A stretch of 64,000 nucleotides of DNA from Planctomicrobium sp. (GCA_030626405.1 DAOUPA010000001.1:1437-65436); one strand, 5' to 3'; shown: positions 1 through 10,110, counted from the first letter of the stretch. A program made the numbers and translations. The notes: generated by a model from the sequence alone, not told the origin.

Positions 1-11
1 ATAACAACCTG

Positions 12-998
12 TTGCCGGTCGTTGGGGATCAGCCTGAAATTTATGAAGACCCCCTTGATTTGATGGACGAGATTGATCGCCTCAAAGAGAAGAAAGATGC
101 AACAATCCTGGCTCACTACTATGTGGATGGTGAGATTCAGGATATTGCTGATTACTGTGGTGATTCTCTCCAACTCGCTCGTGATGCAGCAAACGTGACA
201 ACATCAACTATTGTCTTTGCTGGCGTCCATTTCATGGCCGAGACAGCGAAAATGCTGAATCCAGATAAAACAGTCTTACTGCCAGACTTGGAAGCAGGCT
301 GTTCGCTTTCCGACAGTTGCCCGGCAGACCGGTTGGCCGCGTTTCAAAAGGAATTACGCGAGAAAGGTCACGATTTCGTAACTGTCGCGTACATCAACAC
401 TTCCGCCGCGGTCAAAAGTCTGTGTGACTGGATCGTTACCAGCGGGAACGCTCGCGAAGTTGTCGAAGATCGAGTTCCAAAAGAAAAAGAAATTCTCTTC
501 GTTCCCGACCAGCATTTGGGGCGGTACCTCGTCGAAGTGACCGGTCGCGAGATGATCCTTTGGCCTGGCTCCTGTATGGTTCACGAGGTTTTCAGCTTGC
601 AGGAATTGCTCCGGGCAAAGCGAAATAATCCGGAATCAATTGTGATAGCACACCCAGAGTGCCCACATAATATTCTCGAAGTCTCCGACTATGTGGGGGG
701 GACAGAGAGCATGCGGAAGTATGCCGCCTCCATCTCCGAACCGAAAACGATTCTGGTCGCCACCGAAGCGAACATGATTCACCCTCTGGAGGAAGCGGCT
801 CCTCAGCACGAATTCATCCCGGTTCCTGGGATTATGACCGAGACTGGCGAGACCTGTGCTTGTAATCGCTGCCCCCACATGGCACGCAACACACTCCAAA
901 AAGTGCGTGATTGCCTGAAATATGGGCGTCCTGAGATAATATGGCAGCCCTATTTCGACAAAGCCAAAGAAGTCGTTGTACGCAGTTTGCTACAGTAG
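12..998 (+). CDS. nadA: Quinolinate synthase NadA
   Basis: The 328-aa ORF is collinear with NadA: (M)[19 protein letters not shown], [14 protein letters not shown], [17 protein letters not shown]. The start is uncertain. TTG at 12 is the first in-frame candidate and the frame is open to the window edge. ATG at 63 ([11 protein letters not shown]...) matches the usual NadA N-terminus. Confidence 0.9.
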   Translation: MPVVGDQPEIYEDPLDLMDEIDRLKEKKDATILAHYYVDGEIQDIADYCGDSLQLARDAANVTTSTIVFAGVHFMAETAKMLNPDKTVLLPDLEAGCSLSDSCPADRLAAFQKELREKGHDFVTVAYINTSAAVKSLCDWIVTSGNAREVVEDRVPKEKEILFVPDQHLGRYLVEVTGREMILWPGSCMVHEVFSLQELLRAKRNNPESIVIAHPECPHNILEVSDYVGGTESMRKYAASISEPKTILVATEANMIHPLEEAAPQHEFIPVPGIMTETGETCACNRCPHMARNTLQKVRDCLKYGRPEIIWQPYFDKAKEVVVRSLLQ

Positions 999-1165
999 CT
1001 GGCCTCGTTAGAATACAAGAATTGCTTGCATTGCTGTTACTTGCACAGGGATTGCTGTTGAAATCCTGATGATAAAAAAACGGCCGAGCTGGCTTGAGCA
1101 CGCCGTTAAGCCTGCAATGATACAGTTTTCCTGAAGAACATCTCCAAAGGTATTAAACGAAGAAC

Positions 1166-2449
1166 ATGCCCGAGACTCTGACTATTACCGACAATCGTAC
1201 AGGAAAAACTTACGAAATCCCCGTTGAACACGACACTGTTCGTGCTATCGATCTACGACAAATCAAGGTCCAGGACGATGACTTCGGGATGATGACCTAC
1301 GATCCGGGGTACACAAACACGGCATCGTGTAAGAGTGATGTCACCTACATTGATGGTGACAAAGGAATTCTAGAGTACCGTGGGTACCCCATTGAACAAC
1401 TCGCCGAAAGCAGTTCGTTCATGGAAGTCGCCTACCTTCTACTGAATGGTGAACTGCCAAACGCTCCTCAACTCGAAGGATGGCAGCAGTCGCTTAAAAA
1501 CCACACCGTCGCACATGAAAACATCAAGCGACAGATGGAGTCTTTCCGTTACGATGCTCACCCTATGGGAATGATGATCAGCACGGTCGCGGCACTTTCA
1601 ACGTTTTATCCAGATGCCAAAGCCGTTCACTGTGCGGAAAATCGCAAACTGCAAATTGAACGATTGATGGCAAAGGTTCCGACAATTGCCGCCTTCACAT
1701 TCCGGCATAGTCAGGGACACCCCTACGTCTATCCAAACAACAAACTCAGCTACACCGAAAACTTCTTGACCATGATGTTCCGTATGGTCGGAAACGAATA
1801 TGAGCCGCACCCAGCGATTGTGAAAGCACTGGACGTTCTGTTCATTTTACATGCGGACCACGAGCAGAATTGCTCGGCGTCCGTGATGCGTGCAATAGGT
1901 TCCTCCGAAGCTGATCCCTATTCAGCATGGGCTGGAGCCGCTGCTGCTCTGTATGGGCCTCTTCATGGCGGGGCGAATGAAGCAGTCCTAAAAATGCTCA
2001 ACGAAATTGGAGACGTCAGCAATGTTCCCGAATACATGAACAGGTGTAAAAACGGAGAGTTACGGCTCATGGGCTTCGGACACCGCGTCTACAAAAATTA
2101 CGACCCGCGGGCACGTATTATCAAAAAATGTGCGGACGAAGTCTTCGAAGTCACCGGAAAGAATCCTCTTCTCGATGTCGCTCTAGAACTCGAGAGAATC
2201 GCGTTGGATGATGAATACTTCGTCAAACGAAAACTCTACCCCAACGTCGACTTCTACTCCGGCTTGATCTATCAGGCGATTGGATTACCAGTCACGATGT
2301 TCCCGGTTCTGTTCGCGATTCCAAGAACAATCGGTTGGCTCGCTCAATGGGCGGAATCACTCGAAGACAAGGACCAACGCATCCAAAGACCTCGGCAAAT
2401 TTTCCTCGGCGAGAGAGAGAGAAATTACGTTCCGATGAGCGAACGCTAG
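1166..2449 (+). CDS. gltA: Citrate synthase (type II)
   Basis: The 427-aa ORF carries the citrate synthase signatures: ILHADHEQNCS, GPLHGGANE, GFGHRVYKNYDPRA and the catalytic-site context. Confidence 0.95.
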   Translation: MPETLTITDNRTGKTYEIPVEHDTVRAIDLRQIKVQDDDFGMMTYDPGYTNTASCKSDVTYIDGDKGILEYRGYPIEQLAESSSFMEVAYLLLNGELPNAPQLEGWQQSLKNHTVAHENIKRQMESFRYDAHPMGMMISTVAALSTFYPDAKAVHCAENRKLQIERLMAKVPTIAAFTFRHSQGHPYVYPNNKLSYTENFLTMMFRMVGNEYEPHPAIVKALDVLFILHADHEQNCSASVMRAIGSSEADPYSAWAGAAAALYGPLHGGANEAVLKMLNEIGDVSNVPEYMNRCKNGELRLMGFGHRVYKNYDPRARIIKKCADEVFEVTGKNPLLDVALELERIALDDEYFVKRKLYPNVDFYSGLIYQAIGLPVTMFPVLFAIPRTIGWLAQWAESLEDKDQRIQRPRQIFLGERERNYVPMSER

Positions 2450-2466
2450 AGAAGAATTTGCGTTTT

Positions 2467-2488
2467 CCGGACACTTCATGTGTGCGGC
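2467..2488 (+). repeat. REP-like palindromic element, degenerate copy (CCGGACAC-TTCAT-GTGTGCGG)
   Basis: Inverted repeat with one mismatch. It lies between the convergent stops of gltA (2449) and moaE (2495). It shares the core and the CAAAA flank with the other copies. Confidence 0.6.
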
Positions 2489-2494
2489 AAAACG

Positions 2495-2968
2495 TCACTC
2501 AGCTTCTGTTCGAGGATTTGTCGACGGTGCATCTGCACCGGGGTGAACCCATTCGGTTGTGCCGTCGGACCAGTTCTCTTTCTTCCAAATCGGCACACGA
2601 ATTTTCAGTTCATCGATGAGAAACCGTCCTGCATCAAAGACATCGCCTCGATGTGGGCAGCTGAGGGCGATAGCAACACTTGCCTCGGCAAGTTCTAGCT
2701 TTCCGGTCCGATGGACTATTGCAACTTTTTGAACCGGCCACTTTTCGGCAGTTTCGTCGACGAGTTCGTTCATCTTTTTGAGTGCCATTTCAGGGTAGGC
2801 ATCGTAGTCGAGCGAGATCGTTCGTTTTCCGTGAGTCAATTCACGAACGGTTCCCAGGAACAGAATCACGGCACCAGAGAGCGGAGTCGTCACGAACTGC
2901 GTGAGCCTGTCGGCATCGATCGGTTGGTCGGTCAATTCAACGAATCGGTCTTCTGGTGAAAGTGGCAT
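2495..2968 (-). CDS. moaE: Molybdopterin synthase catalytic subunit MoaE
   Basis: 157 aa. MoaE-like pattern: GAVxxFLGTVR, LxYxAYxxMA, ALSCPHR and IWKKE near the C-terminus. It sits next to moaD. Confidence 0.88.
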   Translation of the reverse strand: MPLSPEDRFVELTDQPIDADRLTQFVTTPLSGAVILFLGTVRELTHGKRTISLDYDAYPEMALKKMNELVDETAEKWPVQKVAIVHRTGKLELAEASVAIALSCPHRGDVFDAGRFLIDELKIRVPIWKKENWSDGTTEWVHPGADAPSTNPRTEAE

Positions 2969-3058
2969 GTCTTCTTGAAATGATCTGTCTTGAGAAAAAT
3001 AGAAATTGAATTTTCAAATATTGTTCGCCACGCATTTGAAATGAAACGCGAAACTCCT

Positions 3059-3304
3059 CTAGCCGCCGCTGACTGGCGGGAAACAGGCAATCTGAGCGAA
3101 CTCCGGGATGACCTGTTCGTCACTAGAGTATTCTGAATCAATTGCCACGAACAGGCTGCCAGCAATCGGTTTGAGTTCCGGATGCTGTGCTTCAAGAGCT
3201 TCTCGAAAATCAGCAACACTCGCTCCAGCGTCGACTTCGACATCGATTTCTGAAGCCCCAGTCAGTTGACTAGCACGGGCAAACAGTTTGACAGTGATCT
3301 TCAT
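3059..3304 (-). CDS. moaD: Molybdopterin synthase sulfur-carrier subunit MoaD (ThiS/MoaD family)
   Basis: 81 aa. It begins MKITVKLFA and ends with the diagnostic C-terminal Gly-Gly (PPVSGG). It lies immediately upstream of moaE. Confidence 0.85.
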   Translation of the reverse strand: MKITVKLFARASQLTGASEIDVEVDAGASVADFREALEAQHPELKPIAGSLFVAIDSEYSSDEQVIPEFAQIACFPPVSGG

Positions 3305-3444
3305 GCAATCAACTTTCGTGATGTTATCTCTGATACTTACCAGTCGAAGTTTTCGTTCCGTGTCTTAACCTTGCCCCTCAATCCCTAGCCCCTAGACCAA
3401 GCGGCCCAATTAATAGTTCTTCTTAAATTTCAGCATTCAGGCCG

Positions 3445-6384
3445 CTATGTGATCAATGTCCGCTCTCTTCGATCAGGCGTTATTTTACGCTGAATCGATG
3501 GCATAATGCCGTAAGACAATGCCAAAAGTTTGAGTGGGTGAAGTGTCGGCAACGACGATTTTTGCTTCATTTGAAACTTGCAGCTACTGCACTCGCTCGA
3601 TCCAAGATCAAAATCGGGTCGTTGCATTTCAGCGATGAGACCGGCGCCCATTTGCAGTGAATGCTCAAAGTTATTGGCACTCATGCCAAAGGCGCCTGCC
3701 ATCCCGGAGCAACCTTTGTCGATAAGTTGTACGTTCAACTCGGGAATCAGTTTGAGAATATCGAGCCAGGGAAGGGTTGGATTGAGAAACTTCTCATGGC
3801 AACCAGCATGGTAACCCAACGTCATTTTCAGTGGATTCAAATCTGTTTTTAGGTTCCCTTGGGCATGCAGAGATTGCAAGTATGTGCCAATGTCAACGGT
3901 CTGGTCGACCACAGCCTGAAGATCCGGATGGTCAATTAAACGCGGATACTCATCCTTGAGGCAAACGGCAGCGGTCGGTTCGGTGCAGACAATTTGCTTT
4001 CCTTCGCGCGCATACTCGCCGAGTATGCCGATATTGATTTCCGCGAGTTCTCTTGCGGCATCTAAATCCCCTGCACAGATCATTGCCATTCCAGAAGTGA
4101 CTTGAAGTCTTGGAATGACAACGGAAACCCCATGATGTTCGAGCACTCGCAAGAATGCGTCACCAAGTTCAGGGTCGTGGAAATTGACGTACTGGTCTAC
4201 GAAGTAGACGACGTCGAGAGCCTGTTCTTTCTTTTTGTCTTCACGGTAACGGCTCGCTTGCCATGTTTTTAAGAATTGGCGACGAGCGAATTTTGGAAGT
4301 CTTCGGGATTTTGAAATCCCGAAGAGCTTCTCTATCAACCAGCGGCTAGCTCCATTCGCCAAAGCCCAATTCGCGAATGGTGAAAATGCGACTCCCAACT
4401 TTCCAAATGAGTGTGCACGAGACAGGTACCAGTCTGCTGTCGGTAGTCCTGCCTCTCCCACACATTGTGCTTTCAGTTCGACTGCCAACGCCGGGATGTT
4501 GACGTTTGAAGGACACTCCAATTGGCACTGCTTGCAGTTGAAGCAGGAGTCCGCCAATTCACGTGCTTCATCAGTGGAGAATGCCTTAGCGTCAATGGAA
4601 TTTGTAATGAGCGCCCGGACGAGGTTGGCCTTTGCTCTTGGAGCATTCACCTCAGACTGTTCCGCATGAAAGAACGGACACATGCGGTATGAATCATCCT
4701 CCTGAACGCGGCAACTCCCACAACCATTGCACCGGAGAGTCTCTTCTTCGAGTTCTCCCTGGTTCCAAATGAGTTGCAACGGAATGAGTTCACTGCGTTC
4801 TTGCTGAGGGTCTGGGTTCGCTCGAAAATCGCGAATCGTTAAGTGTGGATCATCGCTGACAATCTTCCCAGGGTTGAGCAAGTTGTGAGGATCAAATAAT
4901 TCTTTGACTTGCTGAAAAACTTTATAGAGTGGTCCGTATTGACTGCGAATGAAGGCGGTTCGGACGAGTCCGTTACCGTGTTCACCGCTGACTGTTCCTC
5001 CAAATCGAAAAGCGACTTCGTAAAGTTCTCTGGAAAGCTCCTCAATCTTCGCGGAATTGTCGGCATTAGGAACCTCGAGGAACGGACGGAAATGAACCTG
5101 CCCCGATGCAGCGTGCGCGTAGAGTGAAGCGGTGACCCAGTGTTTCTGAAAGACCTTTTGAGCCTGAACAAGAAAGTCGTGCAGGGCATCAGGCGGAACA
5201 GCAATGTCTTCAACAAACGGCAACGGTCGAGTTTCACCGCGTAATTTGATGAGCAGTGGCACGACTCGATAAGGGAGCGACCACAAAAAGTCCATCTCTT
5301 CTGCGTCGTAAGTTTCCAACGCCACGACAACAGACGAATCCGCATTGCGGGCGACGTGAATGATATTCTGCAACCGATCTCGGACTTGTCGATCTGTATA
5401 CCCGGTCTGCTCAACGAGCACAGCCGCCTCAGCTTGTCCCGGAATCAATCGTTCAAAACGAACATCTGCCTCACGAGCCAAAGAAAGCAAGCGTCGATCC
5501 AACAGGTCGCAGGCGCTTGGCTGAAGCCCGGTCATGACTTGAATCGCTTTAATCGCTTTCTGCAGATCACCAAAAGCAAGCAACGCCACCCCGCGACGTG
5601 ATGGTCTCGGTGAGGTGTGCAGTGTTGCTTCCGTGAAGAGTCCCAGAGTTCCTTCGGATCCAACTAGCAACCGAGGAAGATTGAGAGAGGTTTCGTTGAG
5701 AATACCTCGTAAGTTGAAGCCGGAGCAGTTTCGGATCAACGCTGGTTGCCGCTCGCGAATGAGATCAGCATTCTCCTGAAGTAGCAGAGCGAGACGGTGG
5801 GTGAGATCGTTCTCTCGGCTCGGTTTCGGAATCGACAAGGCATCTGCAATACGCGATGCCTCAAACACAAAACCATCTGCGAGCACGGTTTCGATGCTCT
5901 TCACGTGATCTCGCATCGACCCGACACGAACCGCATGCGATCCGGCGGCATCGACCGCGAGCATGCCACCGACTGTCGTTAATGCTGTGTTCGAAGGGTC
6001 GGGAGCGAAGTACCGGTCAAATTGCCGCAAGTGCCGATTGAGTTGATCACGAACAACTCCCGGCTGCACGCGAATCGTTTTTTCATCGACATGCAAAATT
6101 TTGTTCATATGGCGAGAAAAATCAACAACGATCCCGCGTCCAAGGCATCCACCTGCAACTCCAGACCCGGCTCCACGAGCACTCAAAGGAATGTCGTTTT
6201 CATATGCATACTGAGCAAGTTTGGAAACATCTTCAGTATGACGCGGGCAAGCAACACCCAAAGGAAGAATTTGATAGAGACTGCCGTCGCACGAATAAAC
6301 TTCGCGCGTGACTGCATCAAAACGAAGCTCGCCTTCGAACTCGCCTTGCAGGTCTTCCAGAATTCTCAGTTGCTGTTCGTCCAA
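3445..6384 (-). CDS. FAD-linked oxidase fused to a 4Fe-4S / CCG-domain module (YdiJ-like; putative D-2-hydroxyacid dehydrogenase)
   Basis: 979 aa. The N-terminus has a GlcD-like FAD-binding domain (ARGAGSGVAGG, SGEHGNG). The centre has two Cys clusters (CNGCGSCR..., CFNCKQCQLECP). The C-terminus has GlcF/GlpC-like cysteine-rich repeats. Confidence 0.85.
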   Translation of the reverse strand: MDEQQLRILEDLQGEFEGELRFDAVTREVYSCDGSLYQILPLGVACPRHTEDVSKLAQYAYENDIPLSARGAGSGVAGGCLGRGIVVDFSRHMNKILHVDEKTIRVQPGVVRDQLNRHLRQFDRYFAPDPSNTALTTVGGMLAVDAAGSHAVRVGSMRDHVKSIETVLADGFVFEASRIADALSIPKPSRENDLTHRLALLLQENADLIRERQPALIRNCSGFNLRGILNETSLNLPRLLVGSEGTLGLFTEATLHTSPRPSRRGVALLAFGDLQKAIKAIQVMTGLQPSACDLLDRRLLSLAREADVRFERLIPGQAEAAVLVEQTGYTDRQVRDRLQNIIHVARNADSSVVVALETYDAEEMDFLWSLPYRVVPLLIKLRGETRPLPFVEDIAVPPDALHDFLVQAQKVFQKHWVTASLYAHAASGQVHFRPFLEVPNADNSAKIEELSRELYEVAFRFGGTVSGEHGNGLVRTAFIRSQYGPLYKVFQQVKELFDPHNLLNPGKIVSDDPHLTIRDFRANPDPQQERSELIPLQLIWNQGELEEETLRCNGCGSCRVQEDDSYRMCPFFHAEQSEVNAPRAKANLVRALITNSIDAKAFSTDEARELADSCFNCKQCQLECPSNVNIPALAVELKAQCVGEAGLPTADWYLSRAHSFGKLGVAFSPFANWALANGASRWLIEKLFGISKSRRLPKFARRQFLKTWQASRYREDKKKEQALDVVYFVDQYVNFHDPELGDAFLRVLEHHGVSVVIPRLQVTSGMAMICAGDLDAARELAEINIGILGEYAREGKQIVCTEPTAAVCLKDEYPRLIDHPDLQAVVDQTVDIGTYLQSLHAQGNLKTDLNPLKMTLGYHAGCHEKFLNPTLPWLDILKLIPELNVQLIDKGCSGMAGAFGMSANNFEHSLQMGAGLIAEMQRPDFDLGSSECSSCKFQMKQKSSLPTLHPLKLLALSYGIMPSIQRKITPDRRERTLIT

Positions 6385-6509
6385 AGTCAGTCCGTGTTAC
6401 TGAGGACTCGCTGCTGACGATGACATCGCTAACAGCATTGCTCGAATTGATATCGATGCTTGGGGAAATGTTGAACTGGTCGGCTTCAATTGCTCGACTT
6501 CCGTCGAAC

Positions 6510-6998
6510 TCAATCAGGAATTTTTTTCTCAGCTTCTGCTTCGGCTTCTTTTCGTCGAATTTCTTCTTGTCGATACTTCTCGCCGGTTTCGTGATCGAAG
6601 GCTTTGTATTGACTGACATCGACGTCGTGATGTTTTGTTCGGCAACGATAGCAAACCAGAACATCGGACATCACGATGTAGAGCACCATGTCGAGCAGTG
6701 CGAACGCCATCAGAATACTGAGCGCGAGAATCGGCCGATAATACATCCAGGCGATGCTACTCGATATTGCTCCCATTGCGACGAACAGAAGCCCGAGGCT
6801 CGTAGGGAAATTCTTTTGTCGCCACAGGTCCGGGTTGCCACAACGCAGACATTCGCTAGGAGTTTCGTTTGAACGCTCAACCCCTTCCGGAAAGGGACGC
6901 CCCCAACCGCAATGTTCGCAACTCAATTCAGTAAATTGGGCAACATCACTCGTCTGAGTGGTTCGATCACAATTCGGACAATGAAAAGTCAGGTACAT
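6510..6998 (-). CDS. Zinc-ribbon membrane protein, function unknown
   Basis: 162 aa. It has four CxxC pairs (CPNC, CEHC, CLRC, CYRC) arranged around two predicted TM helices, and a charged EAEAEAE tail. I did not recognise a family. Confidence 0.6.
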   Translation of the reverse strand: MYLTFHCPNCDRTTQTSDVAQFTELSCEHCGWGRPFPEGVERSNETPSECLRCGNPDLWRQKNFPTSLGLLFVAMGAISSSIAWMYYRPILALSILMAFALLDMVLYIVMSDVLVCYRCRTKHHDVDVSQYKAFDHETGEKYRQEEIRRKEAEAEAEKKIPD

Positions 6999-7197
6999 AG
7001 TGCCTTGCCAGGCCTTATAGTTGTGGTTGTGAATTAAAAAAACCGCTCTGTTACCGCTCCCGCCAGCTTCATTGCCCCCAAAGTTCAGATTGATTGATGC
7101 AATTGCTCAGTTATCGTATGTGCGTTGGAGCAGTAGGAAAAGTCGCGACGCCGAATTCATCAATCAGAAATTAGACAGACTCAGCATTTACGTCTCA

Positions 7198-7935
7198 CTA
7201 CTGGACCAAGCTGGCCGCCATTTCTCCCATGAAAACCAACGTTGTTGCAGCGTAAAGGACACCTGTTGCGGATTGTGTGTTGTGATACTTCAAAATTCGA
7301 ATTGTCAGAATCGCCATGGCAAATGGCCCGATCAAACCTGCCCAGCGTAATGTCAAAAGGCTCCAGGCAAGTTCCTGCCCTGCTTCAACGGGACGCGCCC
7401 CGAAGATCGTCACAGCTGCACGTAAGACAACGGTGACGGCAAAAACTTGACTCAGGCGAACCAGCGGAGCGAGAACCATCCCGGTCGCGGTGAGATACCA
7501 ATGCCCAAGCAACATTGCCGCAGTGACGGAACCAATGAGCCAGGCTGCCGTAAACTGGTCAGCGAGCGCGCGTGCTGGCGACTCATTCGCGCTCAGCGTA
7601 TTCATCGCAAGAAAACCCAAGACGCCCGCTGAAATGAATGCAACAAGATAAACGAACACGGTTCCCGATTTTCTTCGCTCAAGCGTCCAGAGAACTGACC
7701 CAAGGAAGGAGGTCAGAGCCAGGAAAATTCCACCAAACCAGATCCAGCTTTTAGCGATTGCTGCGTCCGTTCCAGCAATCTTGAGTTGGTCAAACGTCAG
7801 GATAAGCAGCACGCTCAACCCCAACGTCAGCAACATTTGAATTCGAAAAAAACCAGATGTAATTTGCGCACGCGGAGCCAGACACCAAATGATCGAGAGC
7901 CCACAAATGAGGCGTAGTGCGAATTCCGGAATCAT
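7198..7935 (-). CDS. Polytopic membrane protein (about 7-8 TM), function unknown
   Basis: The 245-aa ORF is hydrophobic throughout. Its start overlaps the folE stop by 4 nt, which implies translational coupling. Confidence 0.6.
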   Translation of the reverse strand: MIPEFALRLICGLSIIWCLAPRAQITSGFFRIQMLLTLGLSVLLILTFDQLKIAGTDAAIAKSWIWFGGIFLALTSFLGSVLWTLERRKSGTVFVYLVAFISAGVLGFLAMNTLSANESPARALADQFTAAWLIGSVTAAMLLGHWYLTATGMVLAPLVRLSQVFAVTVVLRAAVTIFGARPVEAGQELAWSLLTLRWAGLIGPFAMAILTIRILKYHNTQSATGVLYAATTLVFMGEMAASLVQ

Positions 7936-8699
7936 CGTTTGCTGTTGATTAGGGCCATTGCTTCTGCCCGGCTCGAATCATTCTTTCGGAACAATCCACG
8001 AACGGCGCTTGTGACAGTCAGAGACCCTGGCTTTTTAATACCACGAATCGACATGCAGGAATGCTCGGCTTCGAGAACAACGATCACACCTTTCGGGTTC
8101 AGTTCATCGTCAAGAAGATTTGCAATTGTTTCGGTCATTCGCTCCTGCACTTGTGGCTTGCTTGAGACTTCGTCAACGATTCGAGCCAGTTTGCTTAAGC
8201 CAACAACACTGCCGCGAGGAATGTAGCCGATGTGGGCGACTCCCAAAAACGGTAAAAGGTGGTGTTCACACATACTGTTGAAGCTAATGTCACGGACAAG
8301 TACCAACTCGTCGTAGGTCTCGTTGAAGACTTTTTTCAAGTGTCGTGCAGGGTCAAGGTGCAAACCGCTGAACAACTCTTCGTACATCCGCGCGACACGA
8401 GCAGGTGTTTCCAGAAGCCCTTCTCTGTCGGGGTCTTCACCCACGGCACTCAGGATTTCCCGAACGGCCTTCTCGATACGAGGCTTGTCGACAGGGTTTG
8501 TCTCGGTTTCGTCTGTCACAACTGGAATCTCTGTGTTGAAAATAATGAAGTTCGCTTCGGATCGAGTTGCGTCCCATTCTTTTACTCTGCAATTCAAGGC
8601 AATGATGTCGCAAACCACCGCGCAGCATTGTAGAGCGAGGCTCTGGAATTGCTTGCCTGAGAGACTGATTTTTACAGGAATTCCCGACTGTTGCTTCAA
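7932..8699 (-). CDS. folE: GTP cyclohydrolase I (FolE, type 1)
   Basis: Motifs: [50 protein letters not shown]. The ORF is 255 aa, but homology begins near residue 61. A GTG at 8519 would give a typical 195-aa protein. Confidence 0.9.
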   Translation of the reverse strand: MKQQSGIPVKISLSGKQFQSLALQCCAVVCDIIALNCRVKEWDATRSEANFIIFNTEIPVVTDETETNPVDKPRIEKAVREILSAVGEDPDREGLLETPARVARMYEELFSGLHLDPARHLKKVFNETYDELVLVRDISFNSMCEHHLLPFLGVAHIGYIPRGSVVGLSKLARIVDEVSSKPQVQERMTETIANLLDDELNPKGVIVVLEAEHSCMSIRGIKKPGSLTVTSAVRGLFRKNDSSRAEAMALINSKR

Positions 8700-8747
8700 T
8701 TCCCAATGCCATTGGGCTAGCTTCGGCTCAGCAAGATGGTTCTGACA

Positions 8748-9641
8748 CTACCCCAAGCCCGTCTTTTCAGGTTCGAGATAATGAATCGTCGATTCAATCG
8801 AAATCACAGCCCTGAGCCGCTGGTTAGAAACCTCTGCCACAACAGGAATAATAACTCGACCGTTATGCAGTGGAGCCTGCCAGTGAAACTGCCCAGTCTC
8901 AGCGTGAACGTCCACGGAATCGTCATCAACGCTCGCCTCTGCTCCAGGGAGCGTCTTTCCATTCAATGCAATGTCCCCTTCAATGTGCAATGACAGTTCT
9001 GTTGAATCAATTCGCTGAGAGCGCGACACCACCTCGTCTCCAGAAGTCCCAGGACCAGAAAACTGGTGCCTCATCCCCTGATCCGCTTCCAAGTCTGGCG
9101 AATGCAGAAGAGAAAAAAACTTCCCGCCTGGAACCAAGTAGCCTAGCTCCACTTTCCATCCGACCGAAGTTCCGTCAATCCGAAGAAACCAGTTCGTGGC
9201 CTCCTCTGGCAAGGTTTCGTCGCGGACGTGTTCACGGGCATGTGGGCCGGAATCATCCCAGTCAACCCGGTAAAGCCGAAGCACTTTTTCTGCCCTGTGC
9301 CAATCCTGCCCCAACGCTGCAGAAGCACGTTCAACCAACCTCGGAGTCACCTTCCATTCTAGTGAAAGCCAAAATGGACCAGCTTCCGAGACTTTTAAGC
9401 AGTCATCCTGCTCGAGATCAGAGGAAGATGCCACCTCAGACCCAGACTGCATAATCCTCTCTACGAGAGCATCTTTTCGCAGGCCGGAGACGCCCGCAAC
9501 GCCTGCATCGATCGCAAGCCTCTTCAGTCCCAGGACTGTCATTGCCTGAAGCTGAGTCTTTTGATTCGTCTTTGACCGCAAACGCTGTGAGTCCCTCACG
9601 CCCTTCTCCTTGTTTTGGTTTCCCACCAACAGGAATGCCAT
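8748..9641 (-). CDS. Rho_N-like / DUF4912-like protein
   Basis: 297 aa. It has an N-terminal helix-extended-helix motif (LKRLAIDAGVAGVSGLRKDALVERI) followed by a beta-rich region (WFLRIDGTSVGWKVELGY) typical of DUF4912-type proteins. An alternative start is ATG at 9542. Confidence 0.55.
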   Translation of the reverse strand: MAFLLVGNQNKEKGVRDSQRLRSKTNQKTQLQAMTVLGLKRLAIDAGVAGVSGLRKDALVERIMQSGSEVASSSDLEQDDCLKVSEAGPFWLSLEWKVTPRLVERASAALGQDWHRAEKVLRLYRVDWDDSGPHAREHVRDETLPEEATNWFLRIDGTSVGWKVELGYLVPGGKFFSLLHSPDLEADQGMRHQFSGPGTSGDEVVSRSQRIDSTELSLHIEGDIALNGKTLPGAEASVDDDSVDVHAETGQFHWQAPLHNGRVIIPVVAEVSNQRLRAVISIESTIHYLEPEKTGLG

Positions 9642-9864
9642 TTCCTTAAGAGTAGTGAACCGGCAATACTTCGGAAACTAATGGCAATCATTGGTCAGAA
9701 ACGCTAACAGAGATCAGAATTCTTCGGTGAGCTGCTCATGGTATCACCATTTTTGGGGATTCCGCCAGCGTCTCGCCACCGGGCTTTGACTTCACATAGG
9801 CCCAAAACTAGACTCCGCGCGTCCCATGGTGGCTTGGAGTCGGAAGTTGTGACGAAAGGGAGCC

Positions 9865-10110
9865 ATGAGAAAGTCGAAGTCGTTTGTTCCAGTGAAGGCT
9901 CTTTATTGGTCCTCTCAGATCTCAACAATGTCCATCGAAATGGGGTTGCTGATTGGGGTGGGCTACTGGGCTGATTCAAAATGGGGAACCTCACCATGGT
10001 TCCTGCTGCTTGGATGCGGTGCTGGACTTCTGGTCGCAAGCTGGCAACTTTTTCGGTTGGTTCAGTCGATGACCCGTTCGGATTCCAGTGAAAAACGTGA
10101 CTCTGGTTAA
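9865..10110 (+). CDS. atpZ: AtpZ/AtpI-family small membrane protein (ATP synthase operon leader gene)
   Basis: 81 aa with two TM helices (GLLIGVGYWADSKWGTSPWFLLLGCGAGLL). It is the first gene of the atp operon. Confidence 0.65.
   Translation: MRKSKSFVPVKALYWSSQISTMSIEMGLLIGVGYWADSKWGTSPWFLLLGCGAGLLVASWQLFRLVQSMTRSDSSEKRDSG

Noticed and set aside
999-1165. A hairpin (AACGGC ... GCCGTT) and a 21-codon mini-ORF lie in the nadA-gltA spacer.
   Set aside because: The stem is short with a large loop, and it is preceded rather than followed by the homopolymer run. The mini-ORF has no RBS or motif. Nothing here is supportable.
3305-3444. A possible Moco riboswitch upstream of moaD-moaE, and riboswitches upstream of folE or cstA.
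   Set aside because: I could not recognise the conserved Moco, THF or other riboswitch cores by eye. Only a covariance-model scan with Rfam/Infernal could settle this.
4839-5414. Long ORFs lie antisense to, or out of frame with, strongly supported genes. Examples are 4839-5414(-), 9704-10300(-), 14151-14753(-), 17352-18089(+), 21538-22191(-), 22095-22808(+), 36365-36919(-) and 51182-51793(-).
   Set aside because: Each is fully embedded in a CDS whose translation carries unambiguous family motifs. Their own translations are low-complexity, or Arg/Ser/Cys-rich with no motifs. This is typical of shadow ORFs in moderately GC-rich DNA.
8702-8716. A 15-nt palindrome, CCCAATG-C-CATTGGG, lies between the DUF4912 gene and folE. 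It could be an operator or a terminator.
   Set aside because: It is a single occurrence. The 1-nt spacer precludes a stable full hairpin, there is no T-tract, and I found no second copy or known regulator motif. The evidence is too weak to call.
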